Source: Parasitella parasitica NRRL 2501 (Eukaryota > Fungi > Mucoromycota). From it: 64,000 nucleotides of DNA. Position 1 is the first letter of the stretch, and each line of letters opens with the position of its first letter. A program made the translations under genes and the position numbers. The stretch covers positions 22,484 through 86,483 of the forward strand of contig MU619284.1 in the NCBI GenBank assembly GCA_025201805.1. Direction: 5' to 3'. Below the pieces are notes generated by a model. The model made no database searches and was not told the DNA's origin. It worked only from the letters and a program-made list of their open reading frames with translations. Below, piece after piece: positions 52,498-64,000 of this stretch.

Positions 52498-54155
52498 CGA
52501 CCAAGGTTTGCTAACTACTTTATGTCTTTTGGAGGAGGGCAAGACCTTGGTAAGACGTCATAAAGTTGGCCTCCGAAAAATGCATTAGAAGGTAGATGGA
52601 AAAAGAAAGATCAGTTTTGTCAAAAAGACCTTGCTAGATTTTTCAAGATTTCAAGCTGCTCTTAATGGCACCTTTCTTGTGTTTTACAGAAATAGTTGTT
52701 TATATTTGGTATTGCGTAATAAGCTTGATACTCATAAAAACAATCTAAGTTACGAAGTCTCAGTTTTTTTTTACTGATTGAGATAGTCTTTTGAGCCATT
52801 CTGCTAAAGCAGCGCGTACATTGAACAAGTTTTCTTCACAAAGAATTCTCTCGTGAGGCAGCATCGGGAGGTGATTCATTTCATGAAAAATACGAAAATC
52901 TCAAGAGGATCACGTATTCACAGCTGCGATGGTTCCTGTTTATCTTTTCATTTCTGTACTAGTACCGCTTTTAAAGATGGCAGTTGCATCCTAGAACACA
53001 ATTGTAACTATTATTTAAATTTCGTTGTCAAGGCAGCAGTTCCTGTACATCTCTAAGATTAAATGTCGCCAAAAAATTAGTGTATTTGTGCATCTTTGTT
53101 GAAGATGCTCTGAAAAAATATTTGGACATAACTTAACTCGCCTTAATCAATAGTGTCTTCCTGATCGAGCGAAAGCAGCTACAGAGGGTTGAGGTTTAGT
53201 GATCCCTTTTTTTTTGTACCTTCCAAAAACCAAGTAGTCGCAGCAAACTACCTTTTTTTTCTTTCAATTCTTTCTTTGGCAGTAAATGTATGAAGTTTAC
53301 CAAAGCCAACTCTGCTCCTGCTGTTATTCGTAAAGCTCATCTTATTTGTTTTTCTATTTGCCTTTGTCAAATTTGGTTTATTTTATGAATATTTCTTGAG
53401 AGGAGAAGGCCATTGTAGTGTTATCAAAAAAATGATTATAACTACTATTTTTTGACCATCTGATTGTAAACCGAGGTGGCTGTTGATGACTTTCTCTTGA
53501 TGTCAAAACCAGGCTCATCCGCAGACACAGTTGATTAGATAATCTGTTTAGATGATCAGAAAATGTGCATTTGGGATGCAGGGCAACTGATTCTGTAGGT
53601 AAGTTTTTTCTTGCGAGGCCATTTTGAATTCTTTTTTATTCGCTTTACCCACCCATAAATGATTCTTGACCATTTGGTATTGCTGGCGTAGATTGTAAGA
53701 TTCGTAACTTTTCGATAAACAGGATCGCTTTCCATTGCAATTAAAAACAAGACCAAGACTAAAAATCCTTTCATTTATTAAAAATATTCGAAGATTGTCA
53801 AAAGTGCAACTCGAATCCATTCGAATTAGCAGCAAAAAGACAAAACAATACTGCATTATGGGAAGAGCTGGAAGTTAAAGATTGTCAAGTGCCTCAAATA
53901 GTGAAATAGATGCAGAGAATATACCGCTACATCTGATCACAAACTGGAGACTATGTAGCATGATTTTGTTACTTATTTCATTTTCATCAATGTTATGTCG
54001 ACTGGTGAAGTTCTATCAGCAATGCAAGCTCGTGATAATGGTGAACTGAGTTTTATCACACTATCTGTGCCAAATTAGCTGGTAACCATGCAAAGTCTTT
54101 ACTGCCAAAACCTTTTTGACAACTACTACCCTTGCAACAGAAAAGACCTTGGTCG
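52498..54155 (-). mobile_element. Highly decayed Tc1/IS630-like relic (tentative)
   Basis: NCV..DEPGFDIK (frameshifted) at about 53500-53535 resembles NCVFIDESGF. A 10-bp inverted match cgaccaaggt lies at 52498 and 54146. Confidence 0.25.
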
Positions 54156-55692
54156 AAAAAAAAAAAAAATCACAGTGAAGAGAGTTTGCTATAGTACCTA
54201 AACGCAAAATCGCTACGAAGAGTTCAAAACAATGGATCAAGGACTCACCCCTGCTTTAACCAAAAGCAATTAAGCCCATCTAAAAAGTCGATGAGGCAAT
54301 ACTCCAGCTCAGTAATATCCAACACCACAAATGCAATATGTTAAATACTGTTGTCAAAAATTAAACATTTTAAAGCATGAATTTACTTACCAAATCACGG
54401 GATTGTTTAATTCGATGAACCTTCAAAAATTTGTTGTTAGCCACTACTGACACCTATACAAGGTTTTGCACAAGATATACTGAGGGGAAATTGAACCGTT
54501 TCATCATTAACGTAGTTGCTCGGCCAACAATACATGTGTATTCTTTTTAAAAATTCAACTGATATGTGTCAACAAAAGATCAACAGGAAAAAAAATTGAT
54601 ACAAATAGACGCTACGTGAGAGTAAATTAACGACATACCGTAAGATGCAAACATTTGCTAGGATCGCAATCAGTACCGTATACATCACAAGGCCTACATT
54701 CAGCTTAATTATAGCCTTTCTATTCTCTTTCACATGCCATTTTACATTTCACATTTTTCAACCACACTTGATTTAAAAAAAAGCCTCGTACTTTATCAAC
54801 TTAAGACAGAAGAGCCGAAAAGAAAATTTGTGCAGAGATATTGCAAGCATCATTAAACAGCTTGCCACCGAGAAAGTCGCAAAAAAAGGATCAAGCACTG
54901 CTTCACAGGCTGCGCAATGATACCAACTGCCCACCCCTGCAAAGAAAAAGCCAGGAAGAGGAAAAAGACTGCACAAAACAAAATTTAAGCATGAGTGATT
55001 TATCAGAATGAGAAATTATTCAAATAAAACAGTCGTGAATTAATCCGGTGAAGATCTCGTTTATTACATAGAAAAAAGATGGTTTATATACAAGTGAATC
55101 CAAGTGGACTGGTGGGGGGATAATATGCAAGTGTGAGACATGGTGTGATTTAGAGAATGGAATGATAGGCTGTATCTATTGTTCATGAACATTTCATTGA
55201 GTTATAAATAAAGAACATGATCCAGTGGGATATGTTCCTGGATTGTGGGCCCTATACCCATATCTGGAGTTCAGAATTAAAAAAAAATTCCATATTCGAG
55301 GTATAATCGCCACTAGATATCTCCTAAAGCATTTAAATTGCTTTGTATCAAAATCCTTATGAAGGAATTGAGAAATTTACAATAAATCCCCTCCCCCTTT
55401 TGCATGATTTATGAAAAGCAAGCTTATATTTTTTACTGATTGAAACGTTGGCATTATGAATTAAGCTTCAATTTGCATCGAAATAAGCGGTTACTAGATT
55501 TTATTGCAGTTTAATAGCTTTACAACCATTCTGAAGTGATCAAAAATATCTGGATTTTAAAAGCTTGTATTGGTCTGCTCTGATCTTCTTTGATCTACCA
55601 GCAGCCAAACTTGAGCTTTTCATTTCATGTATGTTCAAAAAAGTGAAACAACTCTTCAATACAACATAATTATTATTAAGTTTATTCATATA

Positions 55693-56830
55693 TTATTTTT
55701 TGTTGACGCAAAATTTTCTAGAAGAAGCACCAGGACAATCTTGTTTTCTACAATTTTGACAGGTTCTTCTTGCTTTAAAATAGCTGTCAGCTGAGCCAGA
55801 TGGGATTGGTTGCATAGTTTGAGCTGTTAATGATGGCATATGTTGAGGTTGTGACATATAGGTAAATTTTGGCATAGATTGAGGCGTAAGGTAAAAGGAA
55901 AAGGTACTGTAAGACAGATTGAGGCATAGAGTTAAAGGAGGGTGGCATAGGATAAAAAGGGTACATAGATTGATGATTTTGTGGCATATTTCTTGTTAGT
56001 ATTTTTGAAGGAGGAATGACATAAGTTGATGGTTCTATTCGAAGCAGAGAAAGCTTTGGCTTTTTATTGCTGTTTGAGGGCTCCCCAGAAGGAAAAAAAG
56101 AACTGTTGGTACCTGGAAATTGCAAGTAGTCGTTTGCTGGCAAAATGTCGTTGGTATGCTTTCGCTTTCTACTGTTGTTGTTTAAGATCTCATCAACAGT
56201 GTTGACCTTTTCTTCGTTGAATTGGAGAGAGTTGTAGTACTTGCTCTTATCTTTTGTCTTGTCAAAGTGCTGTTTTAAGCTTTCTGCAGTCTTATAGAAA
56301 ATGAATTTACAGTGGATATTATCGTTCAATTCTTTTGACCATGCAGCAGCAAACTTCTGCCAGTAGTTTGATTGATTGATGCCAGAAGCTAACGAGTCTG
56401 TAAGCCTAAGCTTATGGTAAAGTTTTACCTCTTCATTAGTATGTATCGGCGTAATTGCATGCTTTGTACCTTGCATATACGAAACATAGTTGTACTGCAT
56501 GTTCCCAAATACTGAACGAATTTTTGGCGTAATGAATATTGATGTATTGCCACAAAGATCCAACTTTGCTTTTGTTGTAAAATACTTTTGAGAATTCTGG
56601 TATTCCTTCTCATGCTTCTTCATGTTGTAGATATTTAGCAATGATGGTGATAGCTTGCTAATACCAAAGGACTCCTCTATCGCGGAAAAATAAAAAGCAT
56701 TGCCAGAAAGATCTGAGTATTATGACTTTAATACTGGTTGGCCAAGCTTGCACCTCATAAAGTTTATGGCTTGTTGTATCCATGGAGAAAAGTGGCCTTT
56801 GTAAGTGATGTTATGCGCAGAGGATATATA
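55693..56830 (-). pseudogene. C-terminal part of the same transposase
   Basis: YKGHFSPW, EESFGI, PIHTNEEVKLY, IFYKT..SLKQH and terminal RTCQNCRKQDCPG..RKFC. Stop at 56720-56722 and frameshift near 55900. Confidence 0.6.
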
Positions 56831-56926
56831 AATATGATCTGCTCAAAAAAATGTATAACTTTATAAAAATAGAATCAGACACAAAAACTAATGACTTTAT
56901 TGATAAGAAAATGCCATCTTTTTATA

Positions 56927-58569
56927 CTAGACGAGCTGTATCACACCGCCACGTTCGGTTAAATTTTCACCTTCGCTTCGCTACGGTAAATTTACCCTTC
57001 ACTAAAGCGGTGTACAGCTCGTGCTGCCGCAGGCCTGTTTTACCATTGAAATAAAGTGCTTATAATTTGAATTTTATTTGTTCTTATGCATTGTAGAAAA
57101 CTTCTTGATAAACGATATTGTGAGTATATGACCCAGTATGATTGTCTATTCGGGATATATCATCAGAGATCATTACTTTGATAGAAGTTGGCGTCCTCAC
57201 ACGCGATAATGCGACATACAGTTGACCGTGACCAAATACATGGCCTGGCAGGTACAAACCAACAGAATTTAGCGTTTGCCCTTGCGACTTGTTGATGGTC
57301 ATCGCAAATGCCAGTCTTACGGGAAACTGGATTCGTTGAAAATCAAAAGGTGAGAGGCCTTCAGTGGCAAGAGAAATGAATTTGATTTTAGGGATAAGAA
57401 CAATGTTGCCAGCATTGGGCCCAGTAGCAATGATTGCTTCGATGACATTCGTCATGAGAGAGTTGACGATTAATCTCGTACCATTACAGATGCCAGCCGT
57501 AGGATCAATATTTCTGATTGCCATAATTGGAGCACCAATTTTCAAATCAAGAATATGAGGAGGCAAAGACCCATTTTCGATGGTGTTAAGCATCTCAACC
57601 GGCATTGTCAATTGAGATTCATCTTCGCAGGCTTGATCACTACTGACGTACGACATTTTGCGCCCTTCAATACACTCCAAGAGTATATCGTTTATCACCT
57701 TGACATCTCTGTTTTTTGCAGTCAAGATAGCCCTCCCAGCAAAGTAATTAAGACTGTTGGCCGCAGTCGCAATATCAAAGAATATGCTTCTTATCAAATT
57801 AATCAAATTATCTCCAGGTATGAGCATCTCCTCAGGAATTTGGATAAAATCTGTAGGTATGTCTCTGGGCAAAGTAATTGTAGGAACAGTACCTTGACCA
57901 ACCTGAAGTAGATAATCAGCGAACTGTTGAAGTTCATTGGCAAGACCTGGATTGTCAGTTTGAAGAGCCTGTTGAACTCTCATGTTTGTGTGCAATTTCA
58001 TTGAGACCACCAATGGCCAAAAGCATGCTTTGTTCAAGCACTGGCCGACAATAACCGATCTGCTGGCACCACGGATTATCGGTAAAATCTGACGAAAATC
58101 TCCACCAAAAACCATGAGAAGGCCACCAAAAGGGAGATCAGCATTCATTATATCACGAAATGAGCGATCAACTGTTGCTATCAAGTCCTTGCTAATCATT
58201 GAACATTCATCCCAAACAATAATTTTTGCTCTTTGGATAAATGATGCTATATTAGAGCGGGGCGAAATGTCGCACATGCTAGTATTGCCTACTTCTAAAG
58301 GTATCTTGAAGGTAGAGTGAGCAGTACGTCCGCCTTTGAGCAACAATGCAGCAGTTCCACTTGATGCCACAGCAATTGCAATATGACCTTCTCGTCTCAC
58401 ACGATTAAGAAGTACATTAAACACAAATGTCTTACCAGTACCACCTGGACCATCAACGAAGAAAATGCGGGATCCTTGGGGATTTTCGAGAAAAGCAGAT
58501 GCTTTAATAGCATCATAAACTAAAGCTTGGCTTTCATTGAAAGGCAAAAGATCAGGATCAGATGCATCT
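56927..58569 (-). mobile_element. Helitron, 3' portion
   Basis: The helicase is followed by a subterminal hairpin (57022-56931) and a CTAG terminus (56930-56927), then T on the minus strand. Confidence 0.88.
57084..58547 (-). CDS. PIF1-family SF1 helicase domain of a Helitron RepHel (5' part lost in gap)
   Basis: DGPGGTGKT, DECSM, GGDFRQILP, NMR, CNGTRL, AMTINKSQGQT and HGQLYVALSRV; uninterrupted frame. Confidence 0.93.
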   Translation of the reverse strand: MPFNESQALVYDAIKASAFLENPQGSRIFFVDGPGGTGKTFVFNVLLNRVRREGHIAIAVASSGTAALLLKGGRTAHSTFKIPLEVGNTSMCDISPRSNIASFIQRAKIIVWDECSMISKDLIATVDRSFRDIMNADLPFGGLLMVFGGDFRQILPIIRGASRSVIVGQCLNKACFWPLVVSMKLHTNMRVQQALQTDNPGLANELQQFADYLLQVGQGTVPTITLPRDIPTDFIQIPEEMLIPGDNLINLIRSIFFDIATAANSLNYFAGRAILTAKNRDVKVINDILLECIEGRKMSYVSSDQACEDESQLTMPVEMLNTIENGSLPPHILDLKIGAPIMAIRNIDPTAGICNGTRLIVNSLMTNVIEAIIATGPNAGNIVLIPKIKFISLATEGLSPFDFQRIQFPVRLAFAMTINKSQGQTLNSVGLYLPGHVFGHGQLYVALSRVRTPTSIKVMISDDISRIDNHTGSYTHNIVYQEVFYNA

Positions 58570-58591
58570 NNNNNNNNNNNNNNNNNNNNNN

Positions 58592-60448
58592 TGTTGAAAG
58601 TGTTGAAGCTGTAGAGCTTGGAGATATCTCAATATCTTCATTTATTGCGTCTGAATGGCTAATAGTAGTGGTAGGTGTAGGATCAGTTGAAAGCGTCGAA
58701 TTAACATTATTTCTTGCAATGTGAGTTACGTTGTCTTTCAAAGTTGGAATCATGGATTCTAAAAATGCCTGATCACCATCAACGTTGTCTGTGAAAACAA
58801 ATTTTGGTAATTGATGCCCATAATACTTGTACGAAGCAACCAACCCAGCGTAAATTGAATTTAGATGACTATGATGCTTGGTTGCCACAAGGGATTGGCA
58901 CCTTATTTCTTCGTATTCGTTACAGACCGTATATAGAGCAGTGAATATTGGCATTTCGTTCAACTTTCCAATATGATCGATAATCTTGAATGAGTGGTCG
59001 GCCTTCAAGACAACACCATCTAACAAGGAAATCATTTGGTCCATTAGGGGCCTCGTATCTTGAATCATCGAACAATATACGTATGTGAGGTACCCTCCTG
59101 ATGGAACGGAGTCAGCATACTTGTCTTTGTCTTCAAAAGTCGAAAATTGGACATTCTTGTATTGATTTGTATCACCAAATCCGGATTTTTCTTGTCTTTC
59201 AACAAAAGTGGACAACGAATCCAAGTATTTCATCTCGCACTCATCGTGACGAAGGTGGTGAAATTCTCTTAGCATTTTAGAAAGCTTACTTGGCCCGAGA
59301 GAGTTTTGCACACAAGAGCGAAGAAGCTTACCAAGTTCTTTTGAGATACCAGATCCAGCTGTTAAATGTCCCGGAAAATCGAGCTGATACCTTAGAGGTA
59401 ACTGTTTGATAATAGCTGAATCAGAGCCACTGCAAGACCCGTGCTTATAAGTGCTGCACTCATACCGATAGCTCATCAGGTAAAAGTTTCTAAAGAGATG
59501 GAAGTTTATTTTAGCTTTCCAATTATTGTCAGCATAGTAGTAAACCTACTCATGAACATCAAATATCTTTCGTGCTCGAGGCTCTTCAAAGAAACTCTTT
59601 AAATTCAAGTTCCCATTACAACCAATATGTGAGCATTTTAGCTTTTCCTTGGAGTTGGGCGTAGCACAAGATGGATTCATTAATACATGTGGCATCCATA
59701 GAAAAACTTTCGGATAGTAGTGCCATTCGGGATGCTTTGCAGCTTTAGAAATCACAGCATCGTTTTGTACAGGTGGGTAGACCCAATACGACTTGGTTTT
59801 TTTATATGGATCCTTGGTGTCGATTTTGCTTTGGATAGATGCAAAGTATGTATCAAGAAATCCACCATTAACGATTTCACTTGTAGCTTCATCCTCTCTA
59901 TCAAACTCCTCTGTTGTTATCTGCTCCATTTGCTCATCATCAGCAGAATCATTGCTAAATAGGGTTATAAATTTATTAATTTTCTTATCTCTGGAATGAA
60001 ACTTTTTTATATAAAAATTTCTTACTGTTCGAAGTCATTTTCATCCATGTCAATAAGATGGTTTAAATCTGATCCATTCTGCCTGGTATGATGCTCATTA
60101 CTCGTAGTAGGATCTTGACTAGCTTGAAAATGGTCGGAAACCTGTAAACAAGTGTTTTTAATGATGGGTTCTCACAATAATAGACATGTTAAAACTAACA
60201 TTGTTTGCCTCCAATTGAAGCATATCATTTTCTGTCCTTAGCTCAGGAACATTTGCTTGTAGGCTATTGACAGCTGTACTATCCTGTGCACCACTTTGAA
60301 AAGAATTGCTATTGCTATCAATGGATTCTACAAGATCCCTACTGCTTAAGGATGGTAATGTTCGTGACATAAAGTCTAAAATCGACTTGTTGGGCTTAAT
60401 GGCATTGGTCCCACTACTTGATTCACTCTTTTTACTTTTTTTAGACAT
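58592..60448 (-). CDS. N-terminal part of DUF6729/Dada-like transposase
   Basis: YYPKVFLWMPH..LKC, YLMSYRYEC, QLDFPGHLT, LREFH, LKADHSFK, LYTVCNEYEEIR and FVFTDN. Contains introns and ends at the N gap. Confidence 0.7.
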
Positions 60449-60641
60449 AATATTTGATCAATTAGGATAATAAGAAATGATAAAAAGATAAAAAAGACAA
60501 AGCTTGATCCTCGAAAATCAATCTGTGCTATTTATAAGGGTATCCCTTTGAAAAGACACTACCATAAGTAGCTTGTAGAATCGTGCTTCGTTTTGCAAAT
60601 TTGATTTATTTCAGTAACCAATGCTGGGTTTCAGCAGTTTA

Positions 60642-60794
60642 AACTTGCGAAGCGTATTCCGAAAAATATTAAACCTCCAGGGCTTAAATATTTAATTTGC
60701 GAAGCGTATTCCCAAAATATTTCATAATACGCTTCGTAAATTAAATATTTAAGCCCTGGAGGTTTAATGTTTTTCGGAATACGCTTCGCAAGTT
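60642..60794. repeat. Long inverted repeat: 69-bp arms, 2 mismatches, 15-bp spacer
   Basis: Arms at 60642-60710 and 60726-60794; each arm holds two copies of the CGAAGCGTATT motif. Confidence 0.95.
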
Positions 60795-61433
60795 AAATTT
60801 TTAGCAATTCTATTGGCCACTCTAACTCCAGATACCAGCAGTGGGCCCACAGATTTAGCTACCAGGATAAAGGTTAATTCACTGTCAGATCAAAAACGTG
60901 TAGCCCTTGTTGTATAACCTTAAATCGTACCTTGTCAAGTAAATTGCCACTGTAAATTTATGTAATCCTAAAAAGGTATAAATAGAAGATGCAATTTCGA
61001 TCTTAAATAAAGTACCTTTATGTTATTCCTGGCGCCGAAAATATGCTCAGAGTCAGAACGTTTAGTTGCAGCATCAACAAAGTATCAAAACTCCATTTGT
61101 TCAGCAAAAGTATCAGCAACAATACCAACGCCAACATAGCCATCAACAGTATCCATCACTAAAATTTCCTCATTATTCTCAAGAACAAGGCGAAGATAAA
61201 AATGAGCAGCAGCAGCAGCAACAAACCCAGCATTATATAGCTCAAATATGCTAGCTCCAGTATTGCTATCAGCTAATTCATCTAGTGGCAGCGCTCAGGG
61301 TGATGAAAATCAGCTTACACAGGAGACCTCTGAAGCAATATACAAAAAGGCAGGACTCTTGCAGCTATGATACAAAAGAGGGATAAACAGTTTTTGTAAT
61401 CTTCTAAGAGATAAGCTGGATGACCGTTTCAGA

Positions 61434-62260
61434 ATGCGATACACCCAGTACATTTTTAAAATTAATGAAGAAGTCGGCAATGGCGCTACTGGCGCGGTGA
61501 AGGCTATTAGGTATATGAAGGGCGCTGATGGCGACTTAACTGGCCAGTTCGTGATGAAGGAAATGCCGGTGATGCACCATTTGGAATTCTTTGACGTTAA
61601 ATTGACCACTTTGGATATTATGAATGAAGTCAAAGGCCTGAACCTAAACCATCCCAAGTTGATGCGGTTGTGTAAAGTTTTTTTTTGGATCCTGGATCCC
61701 TAGCGATACAAACCACCATGCCTAAAATGGTCTTTAGTCTTGATATCATGAAATATAATCTCGACCAACGGTACGGGTGTGCTTTTAATGATGAATTCGA
61801 ATGGTATATTTCAAATGAGGTTAGAAGCGAATATTGGGCCTTGCTAAGTCGTATTTACTCTTTTTTACTTGTTTGTAGCTCATGAATGGCCTAGCTTATT
61901 TACACGGCGAAGGGTTCTTCCATGCTGACATCAAACCGAGAAATGTCCTCGTAGACCGCAATGGTTATATCAAGTTGACTGACTTTGGGTTTCTGGGCAA
62001 AGTGGGCGTCAGAAAAGACGAATTTTGAAGAACACTCATGGTAAGAGATAAAAAAATGCATTGAACGTATAACATCTGATATCTCTCTGTTTACAGTATA
62101 TAGCTCCTGAAGTAGCCGATCTAGGCAAGCTGTTTGATGAAAAATCTGATTTGTGGTCTCTTGGCATTTATTGTATGAATTGGTTGCAGGCATTCCATTA
62201 GTAGATGACTATACTCGAGAAGAAATATACGAAAAGAGCATCTTGCAGGCTCAATAAATA
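61434..62260 (+). pseudogene. Ser/Thr protein kinase pseudogene
   Basis: [34 protein letters not shown] and DLWSLG. Frameshift at the T run ~61680 and a stop in the activation segment (~62026). Confidence 0.8.
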
Positions 62261-62885
62261 CTGTCTACTAGGCATCCATCTACTCTTCAAGTAACTGATG
62301 TCTCAAAATTACATCGACTTGGTGCATTCTTAGTTGCAAACTAATCTAGAGTATTGCCCTAGGCCAGCTGCACTTTTAAAAAACATGGTACGTACAATAT
62401 ATTGTGTTGTGAAGTATGTATTTTCTTATTGACGTGATCTATTTAGAGTCATTTCCATCACTTCAAAGTTGGTACCAGACACAAACAAACGAGAAAAGCA
62501 TTTGCAAAACTTATACGTAAAGCTTGACGCTGATAAACGCTCAAGTACATTAAATGAATCGGCCTTAATCTATAGTTTAATAAATACCCTTGATTCGCGA
62601 TATGGAAGTACTCAAGAAAACCAAGCTTTATTTAGAATTGGTGGCATTGCTTTTATGGTTATATTTACTTGGTTGAGCATTTTAAATAGCTGTTCACACA
62701 TCAATCTCATGGTTATTTTAGTGATGATTACTCATTCGCTTGATTTAAGTTCAATGAAAAAGAAAGATGTGTCACTTTAAATAACCCAGCCAATGTATTT
62801 TTGGCTCAACATTACATTTCTTGTTCTTTTTTCTTGCCTTTTTATACTTTTTTTGTTTTTTGTTGATTCCTTAGCCTCATTAGAC

Positions 62886-64000
62886 ATGAGCCATGATATC
62901 AAAACCGTTGGCTTAATTTTTACAAGAAAGAAAATCGAGCGTTCAGGATTTATCGGTCTAGAGGATTATGCAATGTGAGTAGGTTTTATTTGTTTTTGTT
63001 TTTGTTTTTTGGAATCAAATGAATATACTGATTCACCTTGCCTAGTAAGCGAAATATCCGTATTATTCATATTGATCTCTCTATTCCTATTGAAGAACAA
63101 GGAAATCTAGACTTGATTGTACACAAAATGACGGATTTGGTTGCAAAAATTGAACGTGGTGATACCGAGGCAGAGGCATTATATCAAAGATTTATCGTAA
63201 GTGATATTTTAATGATTATTCAATTTCAATGGTAACTAAGGAGAGAGTAAAACAGACTTTTAGTAAAAATCATCCCAAGGTAATAATCATCGATGCTTGG
63301 CCGAATATCGAAAAAGTGCTTGATAGAATGCTTTTATATCATCATACAAAAATCTGCGCTGCCAAGGATGTAATAGGTAATAATACATGTAAATTTGATG
63401 TTGGATTGGTGCCCATATAATAGAATAGATGGTAAACCGCTATTTAATGTTCCCAAAAGCATTGCCCTGGATTCTATAAAAGATTGGAAGGATGATATGG
63501 AAATAAGTTTCCCGGTAAGGATAGTATAAATCACTAGGGATACTATACTAAAAAAAAATGGTGTGAACAGACAATGTGTAAGCGCAGAACAGCTTGCTCC
63601 TCAACTGAGGCTCACCAAATGACACTTATACCCTCTGTACAAAGAATGTCACAAATGGAACCACACGTTAAAAATGATGCGGTGATGTTGCAAGAGTTTA
63701 TTCAACATGATGGAGTCATAGTAAAAGTATATGTGGCAGATGGAAAGATCAGTGCTTCAACACGCCCATCATTTAAAAATTTAGATAGTCATGGAGGTAA
63801 GCGGTGTGAAAAGAAAGCAAGTGAGGGGTTGATTTATACAGATATCTGAACATGCTTCTCTCATAGATGTCGTGCATTTTGACAGTCAAACTCTACCAAA
63901 GAGTTTTGAAACTAAAATCGAGCTTTCTCATGATCTCGATAAAGTGTTTCTTAGATCTGATCCAAATGAAATACACCTTTATAAAGAATCGCTTTTAGAC
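62886..64000 (+). CDS. ITPK1: Inositol-tetrakisphosphate 1-kinase (ATP-grasp), 3' end outside window
   Basis: IDLSIPIEEQG.LDLIVHKMTD, CK...AC.S.EAHQM, LQEFIQHDGVIVKVYV and RPSFKN; multi-exon. Confidence 0.85.

Larger units (their letters stand above)
55244..60851 (-). mobile_element. DUF6729-type (Dada-like) DDE DNA transposon, interrupted by a Helitron and an assembly gap
   Basis: Transposase fragments at 60448-58592 and ~56830-55693. Inverted end blocks TGTGGGCCC-N8-TATCTGGAGTT at 55244-55271 and 60851-60824. Confidence 0.65.

Noticed and set aside
57084-59476. Transposase-helicase fusion protein suggested by overlapping ORFs
   Set aside because: The ORF reads through a 22-N gap, and the helicase has its own Helitron hairpin-CTAG end.

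Overview
Eukaryotic, AT-rich fungal DNA with short GT-AG introns, long poly-A/T runs and several N gaps. Gene content and intron style point to an early-diverging fungus, most likely Mucorales (inference). About 21 apparently intact genes are present. They are a large secreted C-type-lectin/repeat protein (cut by the window edge), a RhoGEF, a small zinc-binding protein, Sec2, DUF1772, DUF202, PHAF1/UPF0183, a hypothetical protein, an ABC1 kinase, eIF3k, a small secreted protein, a PHO89-type phosphate symporter, an MFS sugar porter, a Borealin-like protein, an acyl-CoA synthetase, a histidine phosphatase, exosome Mtr3, a vezatin-domain protein, NAA50-like, PTPA, an arrestin-like protein, a methyltransferase and ITPK1. 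Mobile DNA lies between these genes. (1) A family of long imperfect inverted termini starting TA|CTGTGCTTCCAC forms two inward-facing pairs. One pair (12784-17057, TA on both sides) encloses a decayed PD-(D/E)xK-like nuclease gene and a LINE fragment. The other (27787-30879) encloses an intact eIF3k gene. (2) A decayed KDZ transposase faces a possible Ulp1-like relic. (3) A DUF6729/Dada-like transposon (about 55244-60851) has blocky inverted ends, a 69-bp-arm palindrome and a nested Helitron with an unusually long 3' hairpin. (4) A kinase pseudogene and a faint Tc1-like relic are also visible. All family assignments come from motif recognition by eye; no database search was run.
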